A stretch of DNA of 60,624 nt, the filler included, from Sphacelaria rigidula (lineage: Eukaryota): NCBI GenBank assembly GCA_964200075.2. It is 3 parts of 3 records of this genome, joined end to end, with 100 filler letters (N's around TTAATTAATTAA, not from the genome) between each part and the next. Parts side by side here need not be neighbours in the genome. Positions count along the whole stretch, not along the records: positions 20,253 to 40,396 come from CAXNAA020000565.1; 2 more parts are not named here. One strand, 5' to 3'. The translations under genes and the position numbers were made by a program. The notes beneath the pieces were generated by a model. It searched no databases and was not told the origin of the DNA. It saw only the letters and a list, made by a program, of their open reading frames with translations. Below are positions 23,994-36,600 of the stretch, in pieces. Numbering within the stretch: position 1 is the stretch's first letter; the number at the start of each line of letters is the position of its first letter.

Positions 23994-24402
23994 AACCAGC
24001 CTGTACAAGCGACACGTGATTGAGCTTTACGTCAATGGTCATCATCCACGGGGTATCCCAGTACAGATCGATGTTGTTTGCCAACGCAGCGCCCGCCCAG
24101 CTGCACATGATATGGAAGCTACTAATAGTGCACCAGATTGTAAAAAAATGTAGTGAGGGTCAGTAAAGACGGTATCGCGAAAAATCGCTGATCGATGAGC
24201 TATTTTGTGGGGATGCGCCAAACGTGCCGCCGATTGGCGGATATACCGCCTGTCCGAGTGTCCATAGCAAGTGTACCTGTACTGTGCAACCTTTCGCGGC
24301 AGTCGCGGACTCAAAGTATTGGCAAGATCGATCCAGTCGGACCCCCGTGGATGATGACCATTTACGTAAAGCTCAGTCACGTGTCGCCTGTGCAGGCTGG
24401 TT
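23994..24402. repeat. Fold-back inverted repeat, 60-bp arms (MITE-like or hairpin precursor)
   Basis: 23994-24053 is the reverse complement of 24343-24402 with 4 mismatches. Weaker pairing continues inward (gatcgatgttg / caagatcgatc). Confidence 0.85.
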
Positions 24403-26473
24403 AAGCCCGTACCTAGCACTACACTATTGTCGACGCACAGTGTTAGCCTGCCGCAGACACAGAGTCAGCTTGCTGCAGGCACCAAGTAAGCGTGCCGCCT
24501 GTACGAGTCCCTACAGTCACGCCTCCAATGGTCTCATGTCGCACGGGCTCGTCATGTACATATGCGGCGAAAATTGTGCGGCAAGATGTTGAGACGAATG
24601 TATAGTACCGATCACCAATCGGCCATGCAAAAATCCTCCAATATGATCCGTGTACAACACGAAGGTAAAAAAAAACACCTGAAAAATGTGGAACGTGGCC
24701 CACTTGGACTCTCTCGATCCTTTGAATTAGATTTGTCTTTGTGGCATGTGGATGTGTCGAGGGGCACTGGACACAGGATACATTTCGATACTTCGCTACT
24801 GTGTACCATGAGTCGACCAATTTCGGCTGGCCCGCAAATCTGTGCACAGAGAGAGGAGTAGCAAACTTCGACTTTCAAAGAGTGTGGCCATCAACTGATT
24901 CGTCCAAAATCATACCGCAACAAACGTGAATAAAGGGGGGTGGAGCGACCGGAGTTCTTGCTCGTCATGTGGTATCAGCCTCCCATTATTGGAGAACTGT
25001 CAAATCAAATTTTAACACAGCACTCACCTATAGGCCGCGCCAACCACGTACAGAAATGTTATTGGAACATGCCAGATCTTTTATCCCTGTAGTCCATATG
25101 AATGAAAACACCGTTGAACCGGCGGGGTATGTGTTGGGCGTTCAGCATGTGGGCTAATCTCACCACGCTGCCACAACACGTGCTCCCTCCCACAGGCTTG
25201 TACCCCACATGGGTAACATGGTTCAGTGCAGTGAAAAGGGGGGAGTCCTTGTGATGTATGCGGCATGAATTTAGGGGTATCCCTACCAGTCTACCTTGTT
25301 CACACCCACAAACATAAAATGTTGTGCAACCAGCTCTCACAGTTTTGCTGTTCTGTAAGGGGGGAACATTAGCGGATTGTCCGAGGGTCAAGAAGCCGCC
25401 ATCCAGGTGTTCTGTCTACAAAAAAATGCTGATCAGCTAAGGCGCACACGCCATGGCCAGTTCTCACAGCTGACGCAGGCTACTTGCAGTCCGTGCCCGA
25501 AAGAGGCCAGATTACAGGCTGGTGCACTCATGGGCACGGTCATTCCGTGTTCACACGCGTGGCCGATATATTCCTGGACGGCAACATTGAAAGCAGAATG
25601 TTTGAACCTGTCAATTATCGGGGCGAAGGGTGCGTTTGCGGGCCACCGATCGCTCGCTGGGTGTATCTTGATACTAGGCAGTTCATGAGTTACAGCACAT
25701 TTCGCACAACCTAGAGGTCAAGAGTACGCACCTGGGATGACATGGAGGGTCACAACCCGCCCGAGACAATGTGCTCGGGTGTCTCAGTCTCTCTTTTCGT
25801 CAGGGCAGCTAAGTTCCGCCGACCGCCCTCGCAACCTTTTTGTCATTGTATGGTAGATGGATAGATGGTTCCCAAGTATTGCCCATCCGGTTTCTCATAC
25901 CCGCGGTCAAATTCACATTTTGTTTTTTTCGGGAAATACTCTTGACTTTTCACCTAAATACACAAAACATATCTTATCCATCTAACGATAAGAAAGTAAG
26001 GAGATTCTAAGAGGGTGGGAGAATACAAGCGGTAGGTTCTGAGCTATCAGGTGATGATCGAATGGTATTCATGACATCATATGCGAGATATATTGCTCAA
26101 ACGCTTTAGTTTCGGCCCTCTGGCTGACATCCCAAGAATCCACCGCGAACTACCGTACATGCATAAATGAACATTGGGGGTGCTTTCCCCCGTCAAAATT
26201 CCGTTGGCAGTTGTTCTTTCGAGGTTTTTTTTTCCGGGATCAAGTACTAGATTTGAATGTCAAGAGAAAGGAATCTTGTGGGCTGTGGGTGGGAGAATAG
26301 AGATGCAACTCTATTTTTTTTTTCTTCGTCCAACCAGTGACGGGTCTGATCAAGCCCTAAGGGTACACGAAGCCTTTTCAGATCACGCGCATCTCACCTG
26401 GTGCGTTACACTGTCATTACCACCACGGCATTTCGGCACAGACACAATCAACACAGAGCATTTTACAATCACC

Positions 26474-26577
26474 ATGAAGCGCACCGCTACCATAGTTGGA
26501 GTTGTCCTGGGAGCTATGGTGTCACCAGCCCTGGGATTCGTGCACAACGGTGGAGTTATCGCCGCAGCTCAATCCAG
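26474..26577 (+). CDS. Putative first coding exon encoding a signal peptide plus the start of a heterokont plastid transit peptide (candidate 5' exon of the cyclophilin)
   Basis: accATG context; MKRTATIVGVVLGAMVSPALG|FVHNGGVIAAAQSR has a hydrophobic core, a small-x-small cleavage site and Phe at +1 (ASAFAP-like). It is followed by AG|GCAAG, a GC-type donor. Confidence 0.55.
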
Positions 26578-27429
26578 GCAAGAAAGCTACATGTACATGA
26601 GTGATACGTACACATGAGGGCCATATGACTACGATCAGTATGTTATAATGTAGCTTATATTTATGTAATGGCGACTACCATCAACACGAGCGGTTGCGAG
26701 CAGCCGCCGCTGCAGGGTGTCGTGCAGCAGCTGCCCGTGCCTGAGACATGGGCTGGCCATATATGTTTTGATATAGTTGATGCATTGTTGGGACGAGTGG
26801 ATGTAGGTGAATGTACCAAGCTAATTCGCCGATGGATTATATGTGCCTCTCGGTGCTGCTGTCTATACTTTCATGATCTCCCACAACACATCCACAGCAC
26901 CGCCGTTGTCCAACAACTGCTTGTCCCAATTGGGTAAACGAGCGAGCCCATCCGCTGTCATCTGAGTGTACGTGGCGAATGTGCCAGCGAATTGCGCCGC
27001 AGATCACTGCATGACTGCCTACACACCAGTGACACTCTTGCCATTTTGATGCTCAACGTGACGTGACATGTAACATGTAAAGTACCGTGTGCCGTAGCCA
27101 GTGAACTCTGACAGGTGTCAGCACGAGAACACGTCAACGCGCCCGAACGTTGGCCTCGCTCAAACACGACCGGTGTGTGACCGACGGAACAGTCGTCAGT
27201 ACAGCATACGGGACATCATCGTTACAAGAAGTAGTTTGGACAGGTGTTTAGACCGCCTCCTATATCAAACAAATAGAGAGCTGCAAAGCGGCCTCTTTGA
27301 TCCTTATATTCGTGTGAAGACGGTCAGTCGAGAAGAACTTCACCCCGTGGTAACAGGCGTCGCCTTGTAATACCGTCCCTGCCAACCCTTACCAGACATG
27401 AAGTTCTTCGTCAATTTTATCTTGAACTC

Positions 27430-30320
27430 TAGCCTTAACACGAAACAAACGCATAAACATTACCAAAATGAAAATGAGGAGAGAGATGTAACAGAAACAC
27501 AAGAAGTAGCTTTCCCGAGTTCAATGGGGTCAGCACAAGAAGAAGGGAAAACAGATCTGCTGATGAAAGCACACCAACGCATGAGGGAAACAAAAGAAAA
27601 GACAGATGATCCAAGGGGATTAGCATGGACACCGAGCGAGGGTCAACTCAAAAACAACCCCAGGCACCCTCAAAGACTACCACGACAGCTGTTTGGAACG
27701 ACCGCAGATGTTCTAGTGAGGGGATTACTCATGAACTACTTCTTACTTTTTGGAGGTCCTCGATAGGCACCCGGTAGCTCCAGTGGTGGCACACCAAACC
27801 GTTCCTTAAGGAGGCGTGCTTTCCTTCAGGCTGCGATGTACATGTTAGCCCCCTCCTCTACAACTGGGGAACATTCGGACACATGTTGGGCCGCCTGCGT
27901 CCACGATGTCGCATGTAGTCCGAATTACGAATAGTGGTGCGAGATACAGGGTTGTAGGCGCCTTGCTGGTTGGCCTGCCCTCGTCTCTCCTCTAATCATG
28001 ACTCGACGCATTCGATGTTGGCGAGGCAACGCTGTTGGCGTGTAGGAGGGCTCGCTTCATCACGGTGGCCTCAATGTTCTCTCGGCTAGTTCTTTCGAGA
28101 ATCTCGTGCTATGGCAGCATCTGAAAGTCAGGGGCGCTGCTACTCGAGGTATGCCTATTGAGGAACCTCAGCAGGGGTCCTCGATGGGCCTCCCGTAACG
28201 CGCCGAAATTGTCGTGTGCGAGCGTCCAGGCACGCAGCCGTACAGCATTACCTCGATCGCTTCAGTCTTCAGGAGACGAACCATGATGGCCAGGGCGATT
28301 TACGGGTTTTAGTATACCGCTCTGCTGTGCTTGCAGAAGCAGGTCTAGGCCTGACCAAAGCGGCTGTGGATCTCGGGAGTGACATCACCGATGCTTCTTA
28401 TTTTCGCGCCAAGGCAAAAGAACGGCTCAACTTGCTTATATTTTTTGCCCGCTGCATCCAACTCAATCGTATTCGCCACCATGCCCGGGAAGCGCATGTG
28501 CATGGGGACCGTCTTCTTTTCCGCCACGACGAAACCGAGTGCCGCACACACTTGAACGACGGCCGTCATCATATGTGCCAGGCTTACCCCAGACCGCGAG
28601 GCGATGCTGGCGTCGTCGGCGTACAGCATCGCCCAGAGCACTTTGCTGAGTTCGTCCCTGGTCTTCCCGCCCCTGTTAGCAATGCGAATGATGTCCTGCG
28701 CCACCGCTTTGTTGATCAAGCAGCGGTTGAACGCTACCATCAGCACCACCGCGAGGAAGATGTTGGATAAACCAGGGGTCAGCACACAAATTTGGCGGAG
28801 GCCCTGGCGAACGGTAAACCACTCGTACATCTCGCCGCTGTTCAGGCGGACGCATGCCATCGTGGAATTGGCGGATGATGGAAACTACCTTGGCGGGGAT
28901 ACCGTAGCGTGCAAGAACTTTCCAGAGAAAAGAGCGGTCCACTGAGTCGTATGCCTTACCGAGGTCGATGGAAGACATCTACGACGGAATATTCTTCTCT
29001 CTGGCCAGTTCTTGGAGCCCGTTCGCAACAAACATCATGTCGACTTTGGAACGGCCAGGTCGGAAACCGCGTTGTGTTTCTGGAAGGATTCCCTTCGAGT
29101 TTCTACAAGCGCTGAGGCGAGTCGCGACTATCTTGAGCACCATTTTGCCCGCGTGCGAGTCTCGAGAAATACCGCGGTAGTTGCCGCATGCGTGCGGGTC
29201 TTGTTTCTTGAAATGTATCTTGATGGGTTTCTGCCAGTTTTGTGGCACCACTTCCTGACGCCACACAGTGAGCACAATGTTGTCGAGGCACTTCAGGATG
29301 GCAGAGTCTTCGGTGCGGGCGAGCTTCAACAGATCTCCACAGATGTCGTCCGTCCCACGGCCTTGCCGTTCGCTGGCTTGCCCACCGCTTTCTTCACTTC
29401 TGCCATCGAGGGCCCCGCCGCGAGCGGTGCGTGCTCCGGTATCTGTTGGATGAGATCGTAAGCGAGTTTGCGTTGAGCAGTATTTTGAAGCAGTCCTTCC
29501 ACCGTTGCAGGATAGCTTGCCTGTCCCTAACAGCTCGCCAGTAGCGCTCCTGGTGCACGTTGAGTAGGTCTGCCTCTTCCCTTCCAGTTCCCAGGACTCG
29601 ATATGCTGGTGCAGTTCATCTGAATCCCTCTTGCAAACAAACTTCGCGTTCCGGACTGTGTACTCGTGAACGAAGTTCTGCAGTTCAGCATCCTTGGCCC
29701 GCTTGAACGCTTTGTCCGCCACCTTCAGCGCCTTGTTCGGGACAACGTTACTCGGGTTTGCTCGCTGATTCTTCCATACACTTTCCCTGAGATACCACAC
29801 CTGGTAGAGGTCATCCTGAGCTTGAGTTGACTCACATAAACCTCTAGATTGAATTTTCTTGGGGCATGGAGGGAGTGTATCCGCGACCGGCTGTCCCAGG
29901 TGTTGGAAAGATATACGCCATGTTGTTGACGTCCATTACTGCAGGGGAACTGGTGACAGTCGGGAGCTTATCGACAAAAGCCTGTGAAACAGTAGCTCTC
30001 CAGCGTCGGTCGGATGCGAGGGCGTTGCGGTCGAAACGCATTCCCCTGTGCCCGTCTCTCGGTCTCGGTTTCGGTTAGCGTTTGGGCGCGTTTCGTCCGA
30101 GGAGACGGATAGTGGTCCGGCTTCATCTCGGGATGCACAGTGACATTTTGGATAAGTCTGCGGTCTTGCTGACGAATTGGGATGTAGTCAAGGCGCCAGC
30201 GGTGTTCGACCCAGGGCCCCGCGTACGTGTCAGCGGTCGAGCTTTCGCCGCGCATTGGTGTGCGAAAAAACGTGTTAACGAAGTCCACTTTTTGTTCCGC
30301 AGCGCATTTCAGTAGGTGTT
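27430..30320 (-). mobile_element. 5'-truncated, frameshifted LINE (RTE-like): APE endonuclease end plus reverse transcriptase
   Basis: Motifs WRLDYI...HP...PDH (endonuclease end), NYRGIS...SHAGK, LPETQRGFRPGRS, IDLGKAYDSVDR, QGLRQICVLTP and MLYADDA (YADD at 28612-28623), split over several frames. The 3' boundary is approximate. Confidence 0.92.
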
Positions 30321-31918
30321 AACCGTCATCATTCCGAGTAAGTACCATCATCAATACCTGAGTATAAAGTATCACTCAGGTATGACCTCAATACTCGACT
30401 CAAATTTTGGGTACTGAGAGTATTGATTTTCGACATACCGAGTATTGGGCATACCCTACCCGACCACGTTAGATTACGGTACCACGCTCAGAGGGCGATA
30501 CTGAGCAATTTGTGGGGAAACTTCATGAATCATTCCACAAATTAGGACTATCGAAATGGCTACCCCACCCTTCTTTGAGCCTGTCATTACACCTAAACAT
30601 CTCCTGGAAGCACGCATGGCTGATGTAAAAAATATGCGCCCACGATGGGGGCACTTGCACGCCTCCCATCAACAGCATTGGTGGCACTGAACGGTCAGTC
30701 CGTGGATATGGTCCGGAACGGGTGTGAGGAGACGAAAACCGATACTGGCGGAATTTAGAGTTCTCATCCAAGCAGATGCGTCTCTGTTTTTCTGAAGTAT
30801 CTATGTCCTCTTTGAAAGCGAGGAGTAAAGATCAAAGGACGTGAGACAAGAATCGACACAGCGCGGGTGTTGACATGCAATCCGTGATAACATAATGTCC
30901 GGCGTGCACCGGCAAAAGGGACTTGTTCCCGAGGGGAGGGAGGAAGGGGGAGGGGGGGGAACCCGTTTGGATGGTGCCCACGCTCGATCTTGTCCAACGC
31001 CTGTGATACCGCTCCTACCGTTTTACCCGGCATTCTTTGCTGCATCATCCAGGCTCGAGCAAAATATGGAGGACAATGATGATGAGCGGACAGGACCGAT
31101 GACATACTCAGCCAACCCCAATCTGAACTCACGCCAAACCTTGCGTCGGTCGTGGAGAGGTCACGGACATCCATGCATGAGACCTTGTGGCGCTGTTGAA
31201 TCTTCCCGCCTAGGAAATCGAGGTTGAACTCTCATCGCCGCGGGGGGATGCTACCCCGCTGTATTCTGGGATGTATCGTACACCCTCGCAAGAATAGCTG
31301 CTACGTCCATATGTCGTGTATCACTATCGGACAACCCTCCCGAGGTGTTCCGCTCTGCGAACTAGTTCACGTTTTATCTTGTTTGTCATCATACATCATG
31401 TATGATACACGTGGTCATGCCCGGCCCCTTCGGCGTCGGCGTTATATGTTGCAGACCGATAAACTAGCACATGAAAAACGAGAGGGGAAAGCGTTCACTT
31501 TTTAGCTGCCCGTGTAATCTCCGTACCCAGTCCTCCTCCTTTTTTGTTGTTGTCCGAGAACACGCTCTCACGACAGAGCACATCACGATGCGGACATCGC
31601 GGATCATCACATTATTGGTATTATAGTACTGGTCCTGCTCATTTCCCACCCCGTGTACAATTAGTTCACCCTACATAGCTTTTTTTTTTTGCCGTGATCT
31701 CCCCTTCCCCACCTTCCAACCTTTTTTTGTGTTGTCCTCCGTCCGCGAGAGGTACGCTTCCCCCTGCACATTGCGTTTGATGTATTATAGATATGTGTAT
31801 TCATGTGTTTCTCGGAAGCCCGGCAGAATTGTTCGCGGATCGGATGACAGAAAAGCGAGTCCACCCATCAATCAGCCAATCAGCACTTCGGCCCCCTCCT
31901 TCTCCGATGATTGTTCAG

Positions 31919-31974
31919 GTTCAATGCTGCCACCACCGTACGAGGAGGCGGGCAGGCTGGGCGGGCGGCTAGCG
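31919..31974 (+). CDS. Candidate transit-peptide exon (tentative)
   Basis: Pyrimidine-rich tract and CAG acceptor, GTGCGT donor. In phase with the 26474 exon it reads RFNAATTVRGGGQAGRAAS. The link to the exon at 33624 is not resolved. Confidence 0.35.
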
Positions 31975-32149
31975 GTGCGTCGAAGCAGACGCTTGCCATG
32001 TCCAACCCGAAGGCGAGTGCCTGGCACAAACAAGAGGGAAATATCACGCGGCATGCAGACTCCAGCCAAATGTAGACAGAAATTTTGTCAACACAATGAT
32101 CCTAACGCAACTCCTCGACGAGACATGCCGGCTGCGGCATGGGTATACA

Positions 32150-32541
32150 ACATACTTTTATCCCGGTGTGTGAATTTAGTTGTGTATTGTGTGTTGTCGT
32201 CCCATTTGTTTTGTGCACCAGTCTACACCTTTCAGTATATGTCGGCGCATCAGCCGGGGTCACACAGGAGGAAGGTCAACACAGGAGCTTCTTTTTTATT
32301 TGTTTTTAATACCCCCCTTCCTTCTGCAGTGCTTGCCTTTTTATTTTTTATTGCGAGAGGGGTCCAGCAGTCCCTTTCCGTCAACCGTTAAGTCGAATTT
32401 TGTGTACCCACGACATAGTCGCTCTCCACTGTTGAGCATGGTGTGAGAGAAGATTCCANNNNNNNNNNCCGGGAATCGAACGCCCCTACTCAAACATCAG
32501 AAGGTTACGAGGTTACCAACTGAGCCACCGGGGCGACCGGC
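32150..32541 (-). mobile_element. tRNA-derived SINE
   Basis: Minus-strand head GCCGGTCGCCCCGGTGGCTCAGTTGGTAA...GTTCGATTCCCGG contains Pol III A-box and B-box motifs. The body segment gtctacacctttc...gcgcatcagccggggtcacacag recurs at the window end. Confidence 0.8.
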
Positions 32542-33623
32542 ATTAGTTACGGTGTAACATATCTCTTGCCTTTCCCAAGGTCAACACTAGACAGCTTCGA
32601 ACAAAAGAAAAACGAACGGGGCGCCGTAGGGATGCGATTTTCTTGAGCCCGAGTAGTAAACCTTGAAGAAAAACGAGGAAAATTAGGGGCGATATGCGGG
32701 GGGAGTCGGCACGATGTGGCTGACGTCATTGCGTGGAAAGGTATATGTAGAGTACAGAGCATGAAAAAGAAGGCAATGAGTAAATGTAAGGTCGGTTCTC
32801 ACTAGGCCCCTTGCCCTAGTCGTTTGATCATTGACCACGCATCCCTTTTGAGACAGAACAATATAGGGGGTGGGGGTATGTGTTTCAACGGAACACAAGG
32901 TTCGGGTGCGTCAGACGACCCCTTTACTCTCCGTGTTCCGCGGTGATCCGTAACATGTAAAGTACAGTGTGTCTCACTGCGAATAAGCGCGTCCGAAGAA
33001 CCGTTGCTGCTTTCAACCACGATTTGAGGTAAAATCACGTGAAAGAAATGACGCGAAATACCCCCCCCCCTGCTCCGTCTCGAAAGGGGTGCGTGGTCAA
33101 TGGTCACACCACCAAGGCACGCAACACATGAGTACGCGCCCCCGCCCCCCCCCCCCCCCCCCCTCACCTCTAACGTAGCATTACTCGGTGGTGGTCTAAT
33201 ACAAGCATGGCCAAATGGGCGAATTTGGAAAACAATGCGTTGTGACGTATTCTTGTTTTTGGTCATGGCTGCACGTATGATACGATACGAGACGCGCGAA
33301 AATAACGAACCGCGAGAACAACCTGAGTGAATCGGCATGTTATCCCTCCATTTTTGCACAAACCCCCCCCCTCCCTTTTAGGGTGCCACCGAACTTGATT
33401 TCCAACTCGTAAACAAGTGGGGTAGATTCAATACAGTCGACAAGAGGATACAATAGTGACGTGTGGCACGTAGGCACTCGCTAAATGAACTGCTTCTGAT
33501 ATTTCTGAGCGATCCGAGGCCAAATGTTCAACATGGACATCGCGGCACCCCCGCCCTGCCCCCTGTGATGGCATCACCTCACCATGTCTGTTTGCACTAC
33601 TTGCCGCTGTTGTGCTGGCGCAG

Positions 33624-36600
33624 GTGTTTTTCGATATCGATGCCGGAGGCAAGGACTTGGGGCGCATCACCCTCGAGCTGAGGGCTGACGTCGTACCCAA
33701 GACCGCCGGTGCGCATTTCGTTGCGATACAAGAACTCTACTGTCGTGGGCCTCACTATTTACAAAACCAGCCGTCCTCTTGATACAGTATCTATTGATGA
33801 AGAGGGGGTTCCGCTCTGGTTCGCCGGGGGCAGTCACTTGGAAAAGTCGCGTCTAGTGGAGTGGGTGCACTGACATGAAGTGCACGAAGCACACTAGCTT
33901 TTTGATATAGGGCTAGGTGGTTTGATCACATGCTGTGTTTGTCTACACTGGAGTCTGGCATAATTGATGTCACAACCGGTGCACTTCCACGAAATGACAT
34001 GCTCGACGTGAGATCACGCACTATCGTTTGCAACAGAAGTAGTCGTTCGATAGTTCGATAGTTGGAAGGCTACGTGATGGTGATCGATGCCGCACGTTTC
34101 ATTTGGCCCCTTCCGCGGGCACGGCGCCTCTGAGATACGTACGTATTCAAACTGAAACGTCAATATTGTGTGCGTCGCAAACATCGGCCTTGTATCGGGT
34201 CCACTACCTCATGTATACTTCGCGAGTGATACAGAACACGTTGAAGAGGGGATTTCTCGCGGGCACGGTGTCTGCCTGTGCACAAATTATCTCTGTTTTC
34301 ACGCTCCAAGTGGGGTTTGATTCGAGCGCACCGTCTGTATATCCTGTACCGCACCTGCATCCATGTCACTGCGCAGAGAACTTCCGACAGTTGTGCACCG
34401 GCGAGAGCGGCATGAAGGGCTACAAGGGCTCCAAGTTTCACCGCATCATCCCCCAGTTCATGTGCCAGGGGGGCGACTTTACCCGCGGAGACGGAACGGG
34501 TACGACGGTTGGTTTCACGAACCTCATGTTATATCGCGTACTTTTTTTTCTGGTATTTTTGCGCCTCATGTCCTTGGTGCACTCAACAATCGTCGAGGAA
34601 GTCTTCGAGGTTGTGTTCTGTAAGGTACAGTGGCTGAAAAGTCGAGGGTTTTACATAAGTAAGAGGCCCATCATCAAATATCCTCCTGACTTACAACCGA
34701 GTGTTCGGCAACAGGGCTAGCTCGATACCCTGCCGAAGCATTCCGGAATATTCGGTAGACATTCCGGCATGGCTCGGTACACAAAGGTCGGAGGGCGGTC
34801 AGGAGAAGTATGCCCACCAGAAATTCCTACTCCCGGATATACCCCATCGAAATAGAGCAAAACCTCGGCAATTTCTTGCATTGTCGACGTCGTTTTCCGT
34901 CATTCTCCACGAGGGGAGAGCTTCCGGATCTAGAATTGGGGGGAGGGATCGTAGAGCGATCATCCTCCGGTTGACTGGAACAACGCAATACAGCGTTGCC
35001 ATCACGCATCACGCCAGCATTGCTCCGTCGCAGTCAGAAACACAAACTGTCTCATACAGCCGAGTGTAATCCGCTATATCGTAACTGCTACGAGTACCGT
35101 GGATTCATCACGAGGTGCAACACCCAGCCACGCACACTTACTCACATGTCACGGTAAGGATTTTGCCCGGCCTATTCAAGTATCATCACGGTTTGAGCCT
35201 AGGTTGTTACACTACAGCTCTATAACCTCGCAAGGGCACGGATATACTGAAATAAGGAGGGTCGACATTACACCCTTGATAGCCCAATCACGATGCAATC
35301 GGCGTGTGTGCCGACCACGACAAGTGGCAGAAGCAGGACACAGCAGCAGGTGGCGTACGCTGACCCTCACGGCTGGGGTGCCAACTTATTTCCTCTGTCT
35401 CTGTTTTGTGTGTTGTGCATACTTACATCCAGGTGGAAACTCGATCTACGGAGAAAAGTTTGAGGATGAGAACTTCAAGCTGTCACACACCGGCGCGGGC
35501 ATCCTGTCCATGGCTAACGCCGGTCCCAACACCAACGGATCTCAGGTTTGTACCTTACGTGCTCTGTTACTGTACAGGGCGGCTTATGTCCCACTCGTAC
35601 GTCATGCCCACGATGGCAACGGGAGAATATGGTCCCGGACGCAATCGCGGGCAACGCGGAGGATACAGTGCTCTGCATCTTCAAGCATGCCGTGTTCCTT
35701 TACCGTCAACCTTCCATTTGTGGAAATGTTGAAATAATACCACACGTCATTCGACCGCCAGCCTCGTCCGCGTTTTGCAGCGACCGTAATGAGCTGCTGT
35801 TGTGGTCATCTTCATGGTGATGTAGCGGTCCGCCTTCAAGCGGACGTTAGTCGTGACGGTAGGTTCATGGGGTGTCCCTTGCGACCAGACGGCGTGACTG
35901 TACAACATACTATTGATATTCCAACATTGCAGATCCCGGGTAGATCCTGAGCTACCTCATCTATTTTGTGTAGCGCAACCTGGGGAAAAAATGTACAGCG
36001 CATGACAAAAGACAAATAAGCTAGTATTTACCTCGCTATATGTTCTCAGAGGAAAACGTGTAAGTCAGGTAGGTCACTGGTGAGCTACAGTAGTGAGCGG
36101 TCTGATGATTATGGAGTGTTTTGGGGGTTTTCTCCGCGTACTGTTCTTCGATATAATTCGAAATTGCTAGTGTCGGTAGTTCTTGGTACAACAATAACAG
36201 ATCATCCTCCAGACACAGTGCCCAAGTCAGTGCTGATCAATGTCATCGGGGGAGATGAGTAAAAACCCCATATATCAGGATGGTGTTACTGACCGTGAAC
36301 CACAGCTTGTCGGCTCTGGTACAACGAGGATGTTGAATTTCAACAAAAAAAAACTGTACATTTCTCAACAAATATGATCGGGACAGGCTTGTTCAATCGA
36401 AAATATAATCTGGGCTGAAATGTGGCATGATCCAGATGAGCAGTCAGCCCGTAAGTCACCCAGTATCGAGTACAGATGAAGGATAAATGTTGAATTGTGT
36501 AGCGGATACAGTGTCTTCGGATCCCTAATGTAATGAGCGGTGGCAGGCGACCAGAGCCCGAGGAAATCACGAAATGTCTCAAAATAAATGGTTGGACCGC

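Noticed and set aside
27398-27766. 122-aa plus-strand ORF rich in E/K/T
   Set aside because: Lies antisense to the probable LINE 3' region, with no splice or homology support.
32469-32541. tRNA gene
   Set aside because: A and B boxes are present, but there is no convincing cloverleaf and it is fused to a repeated body, so it is better explained as a SINE head.
34103-35737. 205-aa and 212-aa ORFs as separate cyclophilin-like genes
   Set aside because: Each contains a single cyclophilin exon flanked by intron read-through; they are parts of one spliced gene.
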